The notes under the pieces are model-generated. The model was not told where the DNA came from. It made no database searches and worked only from the letters and a program-made list of their open reading frames with translations. Shown here piece by piece: positions 40,946 to 50,618 of a DNA stretch of 64,000 nt. The position numbers and the translations under genes were made by a program. Position 1 is the first letter of the stretch. The number at the start of each line of letters is the position of its first letter. The stretch comes from Candidatus Omnitrophota bacterium. GTDB lineage: Bacteria > Omnitrophota > Gorgyraeia > Zapsychrales > JANLHA01. The stretch spans positions 2,458,662 through 2,522,661 of the forward strand of contig OY759724.1 of assembly GCA_963662715.1 (NCBI GenBank), given 5' to 3'.

Positions 40946-41279
40946 ATGATGAAAGAAAAGCGAATTCTTGTTTATAGAACACCTGCCGGCACAGAACCGT
41001 TTCTTGATTGGTTGTTCTCTTTGCGTGATAAAACGAGTCGTCATCGTATAGAGTCCCGTATTGACCGAATAAGGCAGGGAAACTATGGGGATCATAAGCG
41101 TTTCAAGGGGATCATCGAAATCCGTTTGCATTTTGGAAAGGGATATCGTCTTTATTGTGCTTAAGACGGTGACACCATTGTGATCCTTCTTCAGGGGGGG
41201 AGATAAAAGCACACAGAAAAATGATATTGACAAGGCCCTGAAATATTGGAGGAATTATCATGAACAAAACAAAACTTAG
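40946..41279 (+). pseudogene. HigB/RelE-type addiction-module killer protein (TIGR02683-like), disrupted
   Basis: N-terminal 72 aa match the family (GNYGDHKRFKGIIEIRLHFGKGYRLY). In-frame TAA at 41162-41164. The remainder (DGDTIVILLQGGDKSTQ...YW) continues only after a +1 shift in the G7 run at 41194-41200. Confidence 0.65.
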
Positions 41280-41565
41280 AACATTCGAAGACGCTCAGGT
41301 CGAGCATTACAAGAAGCATCCTAAGGAACTCAAGGGTTACCTAAAAGTCGCTCTCGAAGAGTATCAACAGGATGGAGATGAAAAGGCGTTTCTCTCTGCG
41401 TTGTCTGTTGCGGCAAAAGTCCATGGGGGTTTTAGTAAGTTGGCTGAAGAGACCGGCCTCAACCGTGAAAATTTGTACCGCGCATTATCAAAACACTCGG
41501 ATCCGCGTTTCTCTACGGTAATGCAGGTTTTAGCAAATTTAGGATTTTCATTGAAAATTGCATAA
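41260..41565 (+). CDS. HTH antitoxin of the addiction-module antidote family (HigA-like, TIGR02684-type)
   Basis: 101 aa. HTH region GFSKLAEETGLNRENLYRALS. Its start is overlapped by the restored toxin frame, the usual TA operon layout. Confidence 0.7.
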   Translation: MNKTKLRTFEDAQVEHYKKHPKELKGYLKVALEEYQQDGDEKAFLSALSVAAKVHGGFSKLAEETGLNRENLYRALSKHSDPRFSTVMQVLANLGFSLKIA

Positions 41566-41571
41566 AGCTTT

Positions 41572-41907
41572 TCATGGCCTTAATGTTCGCTCCGTAATCA
41601 TTCGTTCTTTTCCAAATTTCAGGATTTCCGTTTGCCGTTCCTTCGGCAGTTTGAGGAGGGCAAGATATTGATTCACTCGCACTCGGGAGACACCCAGCTT
41701 GGGCGCCAACTGGCTTTGTGTCAGACCTTCGGTTTGCATCATCTTCAGGTATTCCCGCGCCCGCTCAATTGGATTTACGTAGGATTTCCGGACGCTCTCT
41801 TTTCGCAGTTCCCGCTGGGTAACAACCTTCCGTTGGGGCAGGGAAGCGGGCTTTTCCCCGAATCCCAGTGCGTGTCGTTTGTCGCGCCATATGTAATAAT
41901 AGGGCAC
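41572..41907 (-). CDS. ParB-like fragment (central HTH region only)
   Basis: VNPIERAREYLKMMQTEGLTQSQLAPKLGVSRVRVNQYLALLKLPKERQ closely parallels the ParB LNPIEEA...GLTQEE.A...GKSRS.V.N.LRLL.LP.E.Q block. N-terminal and C-terminal ParB domains are absent. Confidence 0.55.
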   Translation of the reverse strand: MPYYYIWRDKRHALGFGEKPASLPQRKVVTQRELRKESVRKSYVNPIERAREYLKMMQTEGLTQSQLAPKLGVSRVRVNQYLALLKLPKERQTEILKFGKERMITERTLRP

Positions 41908-42349
41908 CGTTTCAGTTATGACATTTGAAAAAGTTTGCTGAGTGTTACGAGTGGGGAGCTTATTCTGGGACGGCTGTAACCAATTCTTTGAGTTGGATGC
42001 AGCTGTTTTTAATTTGAGGGATTCAAAAATTCAAGGGATTATTCTATAAATTTTAGCAATTTAATAATAATTGACATTATTTTTAATTTGCTATATAAAT
42101 AATCGCTACTTCAAAAATGTTGAAATGGGGATGACAAATTTGAAGGATTCTTTATGTAAAAAATCAAACCTTCGTGAAAAATAATTCGCGGAGGTTTTTT
42201 GTTTTTCAAAATAATTGAGTTTATTAAGCTTAATTACCTATCATTTTCCGTGAGGTCCTTATGAGTAGAAACAAAATTATTTTTTTAAATTATATTTATT
42301 TTTGTAAATAGGTCTATTTGTATGATGCAATGTAAAGGAATTTCCAGAG

Positions 42350-43756
42350 ATGGGCTTTATAATTTATTTAAAAAAGATATTCAGTAATAAAACGATAGCG
42401 AAGTCTACTTTTGAACATAAGAAGGCAGGTACGAATGCATCTAAAAAAATTGTCAATAAGACCACTCCGCTTCATAAAGCTGCTAACGACGGTTATCGTA
42501 CGCGGATTACACAGCTTATTAAGGCAGGAGCGAATGTTAACGCATTAGACGAGAAGGGGCGAACGCCTTTAGATCTTGCAATACAAAATTATCGTAAAAG
42601 GGCGATAAAGAAATTAAAAGAAGCTGGAGCAAAAGAAGGCATCGAGTTATTCAAGAAAAAAAATGACAAGTCCAAACTTCCCCCTAAAACATCGGTTCAA
42701 AATCAGCTTGGAGCATCAGGTCAAAATTTGCCCACTGAATCTAAAAAATCCGAGATGCAATATTTTGAAGTTGGTAGAAATAATTCAGATGAGGGTGGTT
42801 ATTGTTCGGATGACGCGTGCCCTTGTCATCCGGAGACTCCCATTCCAGTGGGACAAGGGTATCTTTACATTGATCCTGAATTAGTTGCATTTCGTCGCAA
42901 TTATCCGTCAGAAGCATCTGCCAATCAAGAGATGTTGCGCCGTGTTGAGGATTTACGACGCAATAATCCGATTTATAAAAACGCACGGATGACTTGTTCA
43001 ATCAAACCTGTGCTTGTCTGTGAGCAAGGAGCCAGACTGCGTAAGCTTAATTTAAAAATAGCCGCAGATGATGCACGGCATTGGTGGAAAACCGGGAAGG
43101 TTCCATTACGGCCCACACCTCTTGCTGATGGCAGTGTGCCTGATGTCGGTTCAGACACATACTTTAGACCGGATAAGTTTGCCGGGATAATAAATATGTC
43201 TATTTTAAGCCATACAGTTAGCTCAGACCACGTTCCGGTGGGCAGTACGTCTGTGATTTATAAAACGACTAAAGAGCATCTTAATCGTATCAGATCTGAC
43301 ATGCCGGAAATAAGTATGCAGACGATTTTTAACGAAATTGAACAGTGTGTGCTTGATAATGCCTCAGCGATTGAGGCGATGGTCCAAAAAACCATATCAG
43401 ATGGTGAGCTTCATACAAAGGTGCTGGGGGGAGGGAACACGTCAATGTTCTTGATCGTGTCCTCTTTGCCGAAAAGAATGCACGAATCTGCTGCTTTTTT
43501 TGCCGCTAAGTATCCCCCGGGTTTTGGAGGTTATTTAAACTTTTGGCTCAACTCAGAAGTGATCTGGAAGATGAAGGGTTTAGGCCATTCTGTCATGGCC
43601 CATCTTCTTGTTTATAACGATTGTGCCGTTAGTGTAGGGGTCATCCCTCTAGATCACAAAAATTTAGACACCTGCCCACGGGGCGTGCTTCCGGAGGACT
43701 CTCTTACCAAAGAAGATCGACGACTAATGGGATTAGATAAAGTTAGGATAATATAA
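42350..43756 (+). CDS. ankyrin-repeat protein with a ~330-aa C-terminal domain of unknown function
   Basis: N-terminal ANK repeats (TPLHKAANDGYRTRITQLIKAGANVNALDEKGRTPLDLAIQN). The C-terminal region (CSDDACPCHPE..., HLLVYNDCAV) has no recognisable family. Confidence 0.6.
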   Translation: MGFIIYLKKIFSNKTIAKSTFEHKKAGTNASKKIVNKTTPLHKAANDGYRTRITQLIKAGANVNALDEKGRTPLDLAIQNYRKRAIKKLKEAGAKEGIELFKKKNDKSKLPPKTSVQNQLGASGQNLPTESKKSEMQYFEVGRNNSDEGGYCSDDACPCHPETPIPVGQGYLYIDPELVAFRRNYPSEASANQEMLRRVEDLRRNNPIYKNARMTCSIKPVLVCEQGARLRKLNLKIAADDARHWWKTGKVPLRPTPLADGSVPDVGSDTYFRPDKFAGIINMSILSHTVSSDHVPVGSTSVIYKTTKEHLNRIRSDMPEISMQTIFNEIEQCVLDNASAIEAMVQKTISDGELHTKVLGGGNTSMFLIVSSLPKRMHESAAFFAAKYPPGFGGYLNFWLNSEVIWKMKGLGHSVMAHLLVYNDCAVSVGVIPLDHKNLDTCPRGVLPEDSLTKEDRRLMGLDKVRII

Positions 43757-44605
43757 TGTCAAATCTGCAACATGATTTATATCTATTACAATCAAATGCT
43801 GCAAGAAGCAACTTATCTCAAGTTAAGCATATTGTATTAAGCGGAATAAATATAAATTTTCAAGCGAGAAGTTCCGTATTATGAATTAGGAGCAGATTTT
43901 TTTGATAAACGCTAGAGAGATAGAGTCGTCAAGAAATACATTAACAGACTAGCAGCGTTGAGGTGCGGTGTGACGGTAAAGCAATTGGCGTAAAAATTTT
44001 TGAAAAGCTCTTTAATTTAATTGATGAATATAGGAAGCATGTTGATTTTTACTGGTGGTTACGGCTCCGACCATGAAACTGACCGGGCCGGTTCTAAGCA
44101 TAAAGGAATGTTGCCAAGAGCACGCAGGTGAAATCTTTACCTCTAACCGGATACCTATTTACATTTATCAAGGAATATTGATCAGGACGGATGTAGCAGG
44201 GTATTTCTGCCTTGAATATCCGTGGAGAAGAAGAATTTGTAAGGACACTTGTCAGAACTGCCGGCGATCGATATCAAAGTTCTGTCGTCAAGGCAAAGCG
44301 TGATCTTCAGCTAAGAAAAGAAAAATATAATAAGTACAGGTTCAGGGCGGTCATCTTGTTTGTCCTAGCCGCGGGTTCTCTGATTGTCACACTTTTCAAG
44401 CTGAGATTTGTTGGGTTATCTTCCCGAAGAGAAAAAGACCGTCCAGTGTCAATAGACCGTACTGTTTCTATTTTGGGCGCTGGCCACAATTAAAAGAAGG
44501 AGAGAATGAGGTGTGATTCAGGGAGTTTCAAACAACACGAAACCTTACGGGCAATAAGTCAAAACAGGAGGCTGGGATCATTCAGATTGAAAGGAGTATG
44601 CCCAT

Positions 44606-44989
44606 ATGAAAGTATGTGATATCTGTAACAGCAGTAGCCATCGTGGTACAATCGTGAAAGCACAAGACATGGGCAACGCAGCCCGGCAGGGTTTCGATCC
44701 GTACACTAGTGGACGTCTCTCCGCGGATAATACTGCGCTCAATACAACGGTGAGTAAAATACTAAAGGAGCAGGGTATGTCTGAGGCACAGATACGTTCT
44801 TATATTGCCAATATGCCTAAGCCTGCTTCACCTGAACACTGGAAGCAATCGGCGATTAGTGGGAGCTTGTCCCAGTCTGATTGGTACATCTGTGATATAT
44901 GCATGGTTAAATTGAAGCCTTTCTTAGGAGACAATGCAAATGAGCATAAAGCGCCAGCTTTACGAAAATGGTGGCAATTTTGGCGCTGA
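44606..44989 (+). CDS. hypothetical small protein with two CxxC pairs (zinc-ribbon-like)
   Basis: CDIC near the N-terminus and CDIC near the C-terminus. AGGAG RBS upstream. Confidence 0.4.
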   Translation: MKVCDICNSSSHRGTIVKAQDMGNAARQGFDPYTSGRLSADNTALNTTVSKILKEQGMSEAQIRSYIANMPKPASPEHWKQSAISGSLSQSDWYICDICMVKLKPFLGDNANEHKAPALRKWWQFWR

Positions 44990-44992
44990 TAA

Positions 44993-45292
44993 ATGACTAG
45001 AAGAGTGTCTGTGAAGAATATGGGTATTTATAAGCATACAGATTACAGCACGGAAGTGGAGAGGGCCATATTTGCACCTCGATTTTGTGAATATTGCGGC
45101 AAAGAATATTTAATCAAAGAAAGGTTGAAAACCCGAGGTGAAAGCAGAAGTTATGATCGAAAATATTCCAGCAGTCATGCTGGGGAAGCTTATATGAATG
45201 CCATGCAGGAAATGTATAAGTTCGCTAGGGATATGAAAATGAACTTGCGTCAGGTTTTAGTGGGTAAAGAAAAAATATTTCATAATAATTAA
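44993..45292 (+). CDS. hypothetical protein
   Basis: ORF lies immediately after the previous stop. One CEYC pair. Confidence 0.35.
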   Translation: MTRRVSVKNMGIYKHTDYSTEVERAIFAPRFCEYCGKEYLIKERLKTRGESRSYDRKYSSSHAGEAYMNAMQEMYKFARDMKMNLRQVLVGKEKIFHNN

Positions 45293-45412
45293 CGACAGTT
45301 TGTCGCGTACGTGCAAAATTTGTTTTGGGCATGTCATGATTTTTGCGTGGCTTCAACTGAGATTGATTAGTATTTTATGTCATGTCCATTGTGATTTTCC
45401 TTAAGGCTTCTT

Positions 45413-46493
45413 GTGAAAAAGGCTAAAATTAATACTTTCCGAATATCTGCATTTATTTCGATTGCATCTATTTTTTTTGCTGGGTGCGTATCTGTATCCA
45501 AGATTCATCAAGCAATTAGCGCTGATAACGCGGCAGAAGTCCGAAGAATTATTACTGATGATGAGAACGCTGTTAATGCAATTGATCAGCAAGGGAATAC
45601 TCCTTTGCATGTGGCATCGGTACGTGGTGATTCGGAAATAGTTGAGTTGCTTATCAAGAAGGGAGCCCTTATTGATGCTGTTAATACGGCTGGCCGTACT
45701 CCTTTGATGGCTGCCATTCTTTCAGGTAAGACATCTGTAGCCAACGTTCTAGTTGCAAAGGGAGCAAACGTAAATGCCAGAGATCGTCAAGGATGGACTC
45801 CGGTTCTTTTGGCAGCACAGGAAGGCACATATGAACTTTTAAAAATGCTTGTTGATGCCGGAGGAAATGTTTTTAATAAGAATAATGAGATGGTGACAGC
45901 TCTTCATGTCGCCAGCTTAAAAGGGAATGAGGAATTTGTCCATTTTTTTTATAGGAAAAGAAGTTAATGTCGATAGTGTCACGTTGCAAGGGCTTACTCC
46001 ATTACATTTTGCAGTTATGAATGATCATATTTCTGTTGCTGAAATATTAATAGAAAAAGGAGCAACACCAAAATTTGCTGCATCCAATGTTTATATCACA
46101 ATCAAGACCCATTTAATTTTTGCCGAATATTATAGGAAGTATTGGGATTGCGACAAGGCCGTTCATCATCTTTCTACGGCCATTAAATATCATGATGAAC
46201 ACAATGATTCTCAGAACATCGTGAAGTCTTTAACTGAGCTGAGGTTATGGAGATTGCAATGTTTAGCGCCTATTCTTTTTCCAATTGCTTACCTAGATGG
46301 ATGCATGTCTGGGCATATCCCTCAATTGGAGAATCAATGGGAGACAGAAATCCGGAATATTGAGGCTGAACAGCTGAAACTCGTAGATAGTATTGAAGAA
46401 ACTAGAAATAAACTTTTTTGTTATGAGCAATCAGATAAACGAAACGAGATTGAAGAATGTATGGGAGAGATAGATAATCCTCTCTTTCCTTAG
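45413..46493 (+). pseudogene. ankyrin-repeat lipoprotein gene interrupted by a frameshift in a T8 run (45943-45950)
   Basis: ORFs 45413..45967 and 45927..46493 together encode continuous ANK repeats (...GNEEFVHFF / IGKEVNVDSVTLQGLTPLHFAV...) if one T is removed. N-terminal lipoprotein signal FFAGC. Confidence 0.6.
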
Positions 46494-46679
46494 AACTAAC
46501 GTATTTCGTTAAAGTTAAAATAAATTAGTTTTTGTAAGGGGAGACGGTATCTGGTGTTTTTTGATTTAAGATTTTTAGACATGAGGGAAAGGGGATACAA
46601 AATGAATTTAAGCGAATTCAGACTCAGGGATATCATAATAAATGTGGAATCCTGTACGTTTTAAAATGAGGAGGTTGAA

Positions 46680-47012
46680 ATGATTGTATGGACTGGGAAA
46701 GGATTTGTGGTTTTTATATTCATTATGTTAGCCGTAATATGCTCGGAATATGTCTCAGAATTTTTGACAGGGGACGAACAGTTTTATGACCAAAATCCAT
46801 GGGTTCTTATGGTTGGAATGATGGTGGCTGCAGTGTGTATCTATGTATTTCATCGTTTCTACCTTCTTCGCGAAAAGTCAAAGATCGTCATAGATAAAGA
46901 AACTGGCGAGGAGCTTGATCTAAAAGAATCGCATTCGCTTTTTTTTATGCCCGTTAAGTGGTGGCCACTAATTATGATCTTTTTGGGATTCATCTGGTCA
47001 AGGTCACCGTAA
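46680..47012 (+). CDS. small membrane protein (three TM helices)
   Basis: Hydrophobic 110-aa ORF. GGAGG RBS. Confidence 0.4.
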   Translation: MIVWTGKGFVVFIFIMLAVICSEYVSEFLTGDEQFYDQNPWVLMVGMMVAAVCIYVFHRFYLLREKSKIVIDKETGEELDLKESHSLFFMPVKWWPLIMIFLGFIWSRSP

Positions 47013-47127
47013 TGCAGAAGACATTATCTTTATCCTTAAAATGAGATATAAAGAGGTAATCCTTATTCAAATTATAGGACAAGTATAAGATATGTATCTG
47101 CGAATACTTAGAGTAAAGGAGGCCTAT

Positions 47128-47766
47128 ATGAGGGAAAAAAGAGTGCTAGGAATTGTTTTTATTTTGGCAGTTAATTTAATGAGTAGCGGTTGCGGATTAT
47201 TGCCTAGAGCAAAATTAACACTAACTCCAGAACCAAATTCCATAGTTGTCGATTATTCAAAGAAATGCGGAAGAGTACAGGTCAATAAACCTGATCTAAG
47301 TCAAATGACTGAGTTTGATAGGAAAATGATATATGGATTTGCCAATGAATTAGAGAATAGCGGACTCTGTGAAGAAGTATTTTATCACACACTACCAGAA
47401 GGCCCGGTTGATCTGGCCCTTGATCTCAGCTTTGAAGCAACGCCTCACTTGTTTTGGGATGAAGAGAATGCTACAAATGAAGAATGGAAACAAATGAATA
47501 AACAAGTTCTTCCCAAGACTTTATTATTAACTTTGTCTTTAGGTATGATTCCTGCGCCTTATAATGAGGATTACTATTTAAAAGGCAAAGCTGTTATTTA
47601 TAAGAATAATAAAGAAAAAGGAGTAGTTGATGGTCAGTTCCATGCCCATTGGCACGGTACTGCAATGGGGATCATTGCTATTGAAGAAGAAACGAAAGAA
47701 GAATTCAAAAAGGTTTTATATAAACAATTAATTACAGGAATTACCGATTATTGTGAAAGTAAATGA
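47128..47766 (+). CDS. lipoprotein of unknown function
   Basis: MREKRVLGIVFILAVNLMSSGCG lipobox. AAGGAGG RBS precedes the ATG at 47128. Confidence 0.5.
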   Translation: MREKRVLGIVFILAVNLMSSGCGLLPRAKLTLTPEPNSIVVDYSKKCGRVQVNKPDLSQMTEFDRKMIYGFANELENSGLCEEVFYHTLPEGPVDLALDLSFEATPHLFWDEENATNEEWKQMNKQVLPKTLLLTLSLGMIPAPYNEDYYLKGKAVIYKNNKEKGVVDGQFHAHWHGTAMGIIAIEEETKEEFKKVLYKQLITGITDYCESK

Positions 47767-48212
47767 AAATATATGGTTTGCAGAAGAGAGGGTCGCCGGA
47801 TATGATTAATTCAACAAAAAGTCAGTTCATCTGTTTGTTTTTTTGTTTGTTTTTTCTTGGGTGCGGTTCGGTTCACAGTCAGTATATTTATGATGATTCT
47901 TACAAGGAGAATAGTCCGGTTAAGAGTGAGAAATGCTATGATGCGGCAGTGTTGTTGAATATTGATATGGAAAAGACTAAATACATATGTCGCAGATTTT
48001 TAATGGAGAAAGGCATTACTATTACTGCGGATACCGATATTTCTATAGAGGCTAGTCAAAAAAATGGACATATTGCAATTCAGTATGAAAAGGTTACAAA
48101 AGATTTAACATTTGTGACTGTGGGAACCGAGAAACAGGACTTTTGGGGTGGATTCTTGGATTCATGTGAAATCGTTGACGCTATTATAGAAAAGGCCAAT
48201 GGCTTAGAATGA
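47763..48212 (+). CDS. lipoprotein of unknown function
   Basis: FICLFFCLFFLGCGS lipobox. Start is ambiguous (47763 or 47802). Confidence 0.5.
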   Translation: MKIYGLQKRGSPDMINSTKSQFICLFFCLFFLGCGSVHSQYIYDDSYKENSPVKSEKCYDAAVLLNIDMEKTKYICRRFLMEKGITITADTDISIEASQKNGHIAIQYEKVTKDLTFVTVGTEKQDFWGGFLDSCEIVDAIIEKANGLE

Positions 48213-48445
48213 TCTAGAGTTAGTATCAGGAGTATTTCCTACATTATGCCTGTGGCGGCGTCTTAGTTCCCCAGGATGGGACACAAAGAATAGTTATTAA
48301 ACTTGACTATTCCCTGGCATCTTGTCACAAGGTAATTGATTAGTCTTCAATTCGTCCCGCCCAGGGGAGGTTTGTCCTATCTTGTACAATTGCTGAAGAA
48401 CTGATCGAAAAACTTACTTGGGAAAACAGCAAAACAGCTAATACC

Positions 48446-48874
48446 TTGCAGGGGTATTTGAACTATTTGTCCTACTATCCTGCAGGAAAATTTTCTCAGG
48501 AGGCACAAGCCCAGGTGAGCAAGCTTTCCAAGGAGGTCCTTGGCAAACGAACGTGCGTGTTGACTTCGGAACCGCAGCCGTTTCTAGAGTTTTATATGAT
48601 CGGGAATCCTTATGAGTCTGGGTTTGCGAATACAAAGATGGTGTCCAAAGGAGAGGTCAAGGACAGGGAACCACCTGAAGGTTTTATTTATGCCCTAGTC
48701 CGATGGGAAATTGAATCTAATAAAAATTTCAGTTTTAATAATTATGACCAAAACTTATATTTGGGAAAGGAGGAGCTGACGCGATATCTCCGGCCAATCG
48801 GCCTCCCTTCTAATATGAAGAATGGGCAGGAGGATACGATGTGGTGCGCTTTAAACAGCATTATCTCCATATAA
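48446..48874 (+). CDS. hypothetical protein, possibly 5'-truncated
   Basis: The only start is a TTG at 48446. The in-frame open region extends upstream to 48344 with no ATG or GTG. Confidence 0.3.
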   Translation: MQGYLNYLSYYPAGKFSQEAQAQVSKLSKEVLGKRTCVLTSEPQPFLEFYMIGNPYESGFANTKMVSKGEVKDREPPEGFIYALVRWEIESNKNFSFNNYDQNLYLGKEELTRYLRPIGLPSNMKNGQEDTMWCALNSIISI

Positions 48875-49285
48875 GTGTCAAAGTTAATGCCGGAGAACTA
48901 TTGATCTACGAGAGTTTATACGAGGTCCCGAAAGACGAAGTCAATCAATGCGAACTTGGTTTCTTGGGGAATAGTTTTGCCCTGAAAGAATTAATAAGAA
49001 ATAATGATGGTAAGTAAAAACAAAAACTTTGGCTACCTTATACCCATTTGTATAATAGGTTAAGAATATTATAAAGTGACAAATGATGGAATTTTTATGA
49101 ATTTATTGAATATTCAGCACTAGAGTTGTAATAACTGAATGCAAATTAAAATTTAAGAATAAAAACGTTTTCTTATCTTGGCCGAGAAGGTATTCGTTTT
49201 ATAACTGATTGTAATTATTAGAGATGTATACAAGCAAATAATGAATTGCGTGTTTATTGTAGGTGACAAAATGAAAGGAGAAGAC

Positions 49286-50311
49286 ATGTTTATTACTCAT
49301 TGCAGGAGGGCAAGCCGCTGCAAGTCAGTCGGAAAATTATTGGTCCTTGTGATGGTCTTGTTTTTGTCTGGATGTACGACATTGTATGAAGTTAAACCGA
49401 ATTTAGTTGCGAACTTCAAGCAATCGATCATTCCTAATGAGGATCAAACTCTAGTATATTTCATTCGAGGAAGTGCTTTTTCTGGTGGTGGCCGCAAGAT
49501 ATGGTTGGGGTGGAATGACCGAGCTATGGCGAGTTTGGCCTCGGGTACACATGCGTCTTTTTTGATGGATGCTGGCATTAATACAATTAATATCGTGGAA
49601 ACCAAAATGCCGCTTCTTTTTCATAAGTTGGATAATCGAGGAGGAGAAACAATATTCCTTTCGTATGAATATAAAAATGTCAAGATCGTAGAACTTGAAA
49701 GAGATCTTGGAATTTCAATGGTTATGCAAACGAAGGAAATACCAATCATTGAGCCACCGCGGAAAAATGATGGATATCCTTTGGATTTGCTTAACCCTGG
49801 ATTAGTTGATTTGTATTTGATGAAAACGACCGACAGGCAAAAAGAACCCAACGAAAATAAAGCGATAATAACTTTTATAAGACCCATAAAATATGCAGAG
49901 GGGGTAGCATTTGGAATTTGGGATGAGAATAGTTTTCTCGGGAGTTTAAAAGAACAGACCTATTTCCAGATCGCTGTTGATCCGGGTAAGCACACGTTTT
50001 TAGGTAAAGCTGAGCAGTGGTCAGTATTACAGGCAGAAGTCGAGGCCGGTAAGAAATACTACATCGAAGTTAAGGCTAAACTGGGAATGACAGTTGTGCG
50101 TATGCAATTATTGCCTTTAAAAGCCAAGATGTCTGGGGAAATGAAGAAATGGATGAATACTTCTCAGCTATTGACGTTAGATAAAAACGCCATCAACGAT
50201 GATGTGCAAGAGCGCCTGGATAAAGCATTGCCTTTAATACGATCAATTTTAGAGAAAGTAGCAAAAGGGGAACTGAAACCCAGATTTTTAAAGGTGTCAG
50301 ATGGAATATAA
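49286..50311 (+). CDS. lipoprotein with two internally repeated halves (DUF2846-like)
   Basis: LVLVMVLFLSGCTT lipobox. Repeated pattern FIRGSAFSGGGRKIWLGWND... and FIRPIKYAEGVAFGIWDE... Confidence 0.5.
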   Translation: MFITHCRRASRCKSVGKLLVLVMVLFLSGCTTLYEVKPNLVANFKQSIIPNEDQTLVYFIRGSAFSGGGRKIWLGWNDRAMASLASGTHASFLMDAGINTINIVETKMPLLFHKLDNRGGETIFLSYEYKNVKIVELERDLGISMVMQTKEIPIIEPPRKNDGYPLDLLNPGLVDLYLMKTTDRQKEPNENKAIITFIRPIKYAEGVAFGIWDENSFLGSLKEQTYFQIAVDPGKHTFLGKAEQWSVLQAEVEAGKKYYIEVKAKLGMTVVRMQLLPLKAKMSGEMKKWMNTSQLLTLDKNAINDDVQERLDKALPLIRSILEKVAKGELKPRFLKVSDGI

Positions 50312-50618
50312 GTTAGGTTTTCGTGTTTCTGTTCCCAAGATGTTTTCGATTAAATCAATCACAGCTTGAAGTTGTTGGGAAAAATATGCCTGTTTAACGT
50401 GATTGAAAGAAAGGAAAGCAAAGATGACACTTGCTAGAGAAGGGAAGGAATATAAAATTCATATCAACAAAATAAAATCTCAATTGGGGATCATGAGATA
50501 TAATAATCTTAATGGGACATAGTTTTTTTTGATCCAAATACTACGGAGAAGAAATGAACAATCACGTTTTTAAGAAAAACATATTAGATCGTATAGTGAA
50601 TTCTTAGAAGGAGGTTAT

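Noticed and set aside
48213-48445. Upstream extension of ORF 48446
   Set aside because: The in-frame open region upstream has no ATG or GTG start. I cannot decide between a TTG start and a 5'-truncated pseudogene, so it is kept as a low-confidence CDS only.
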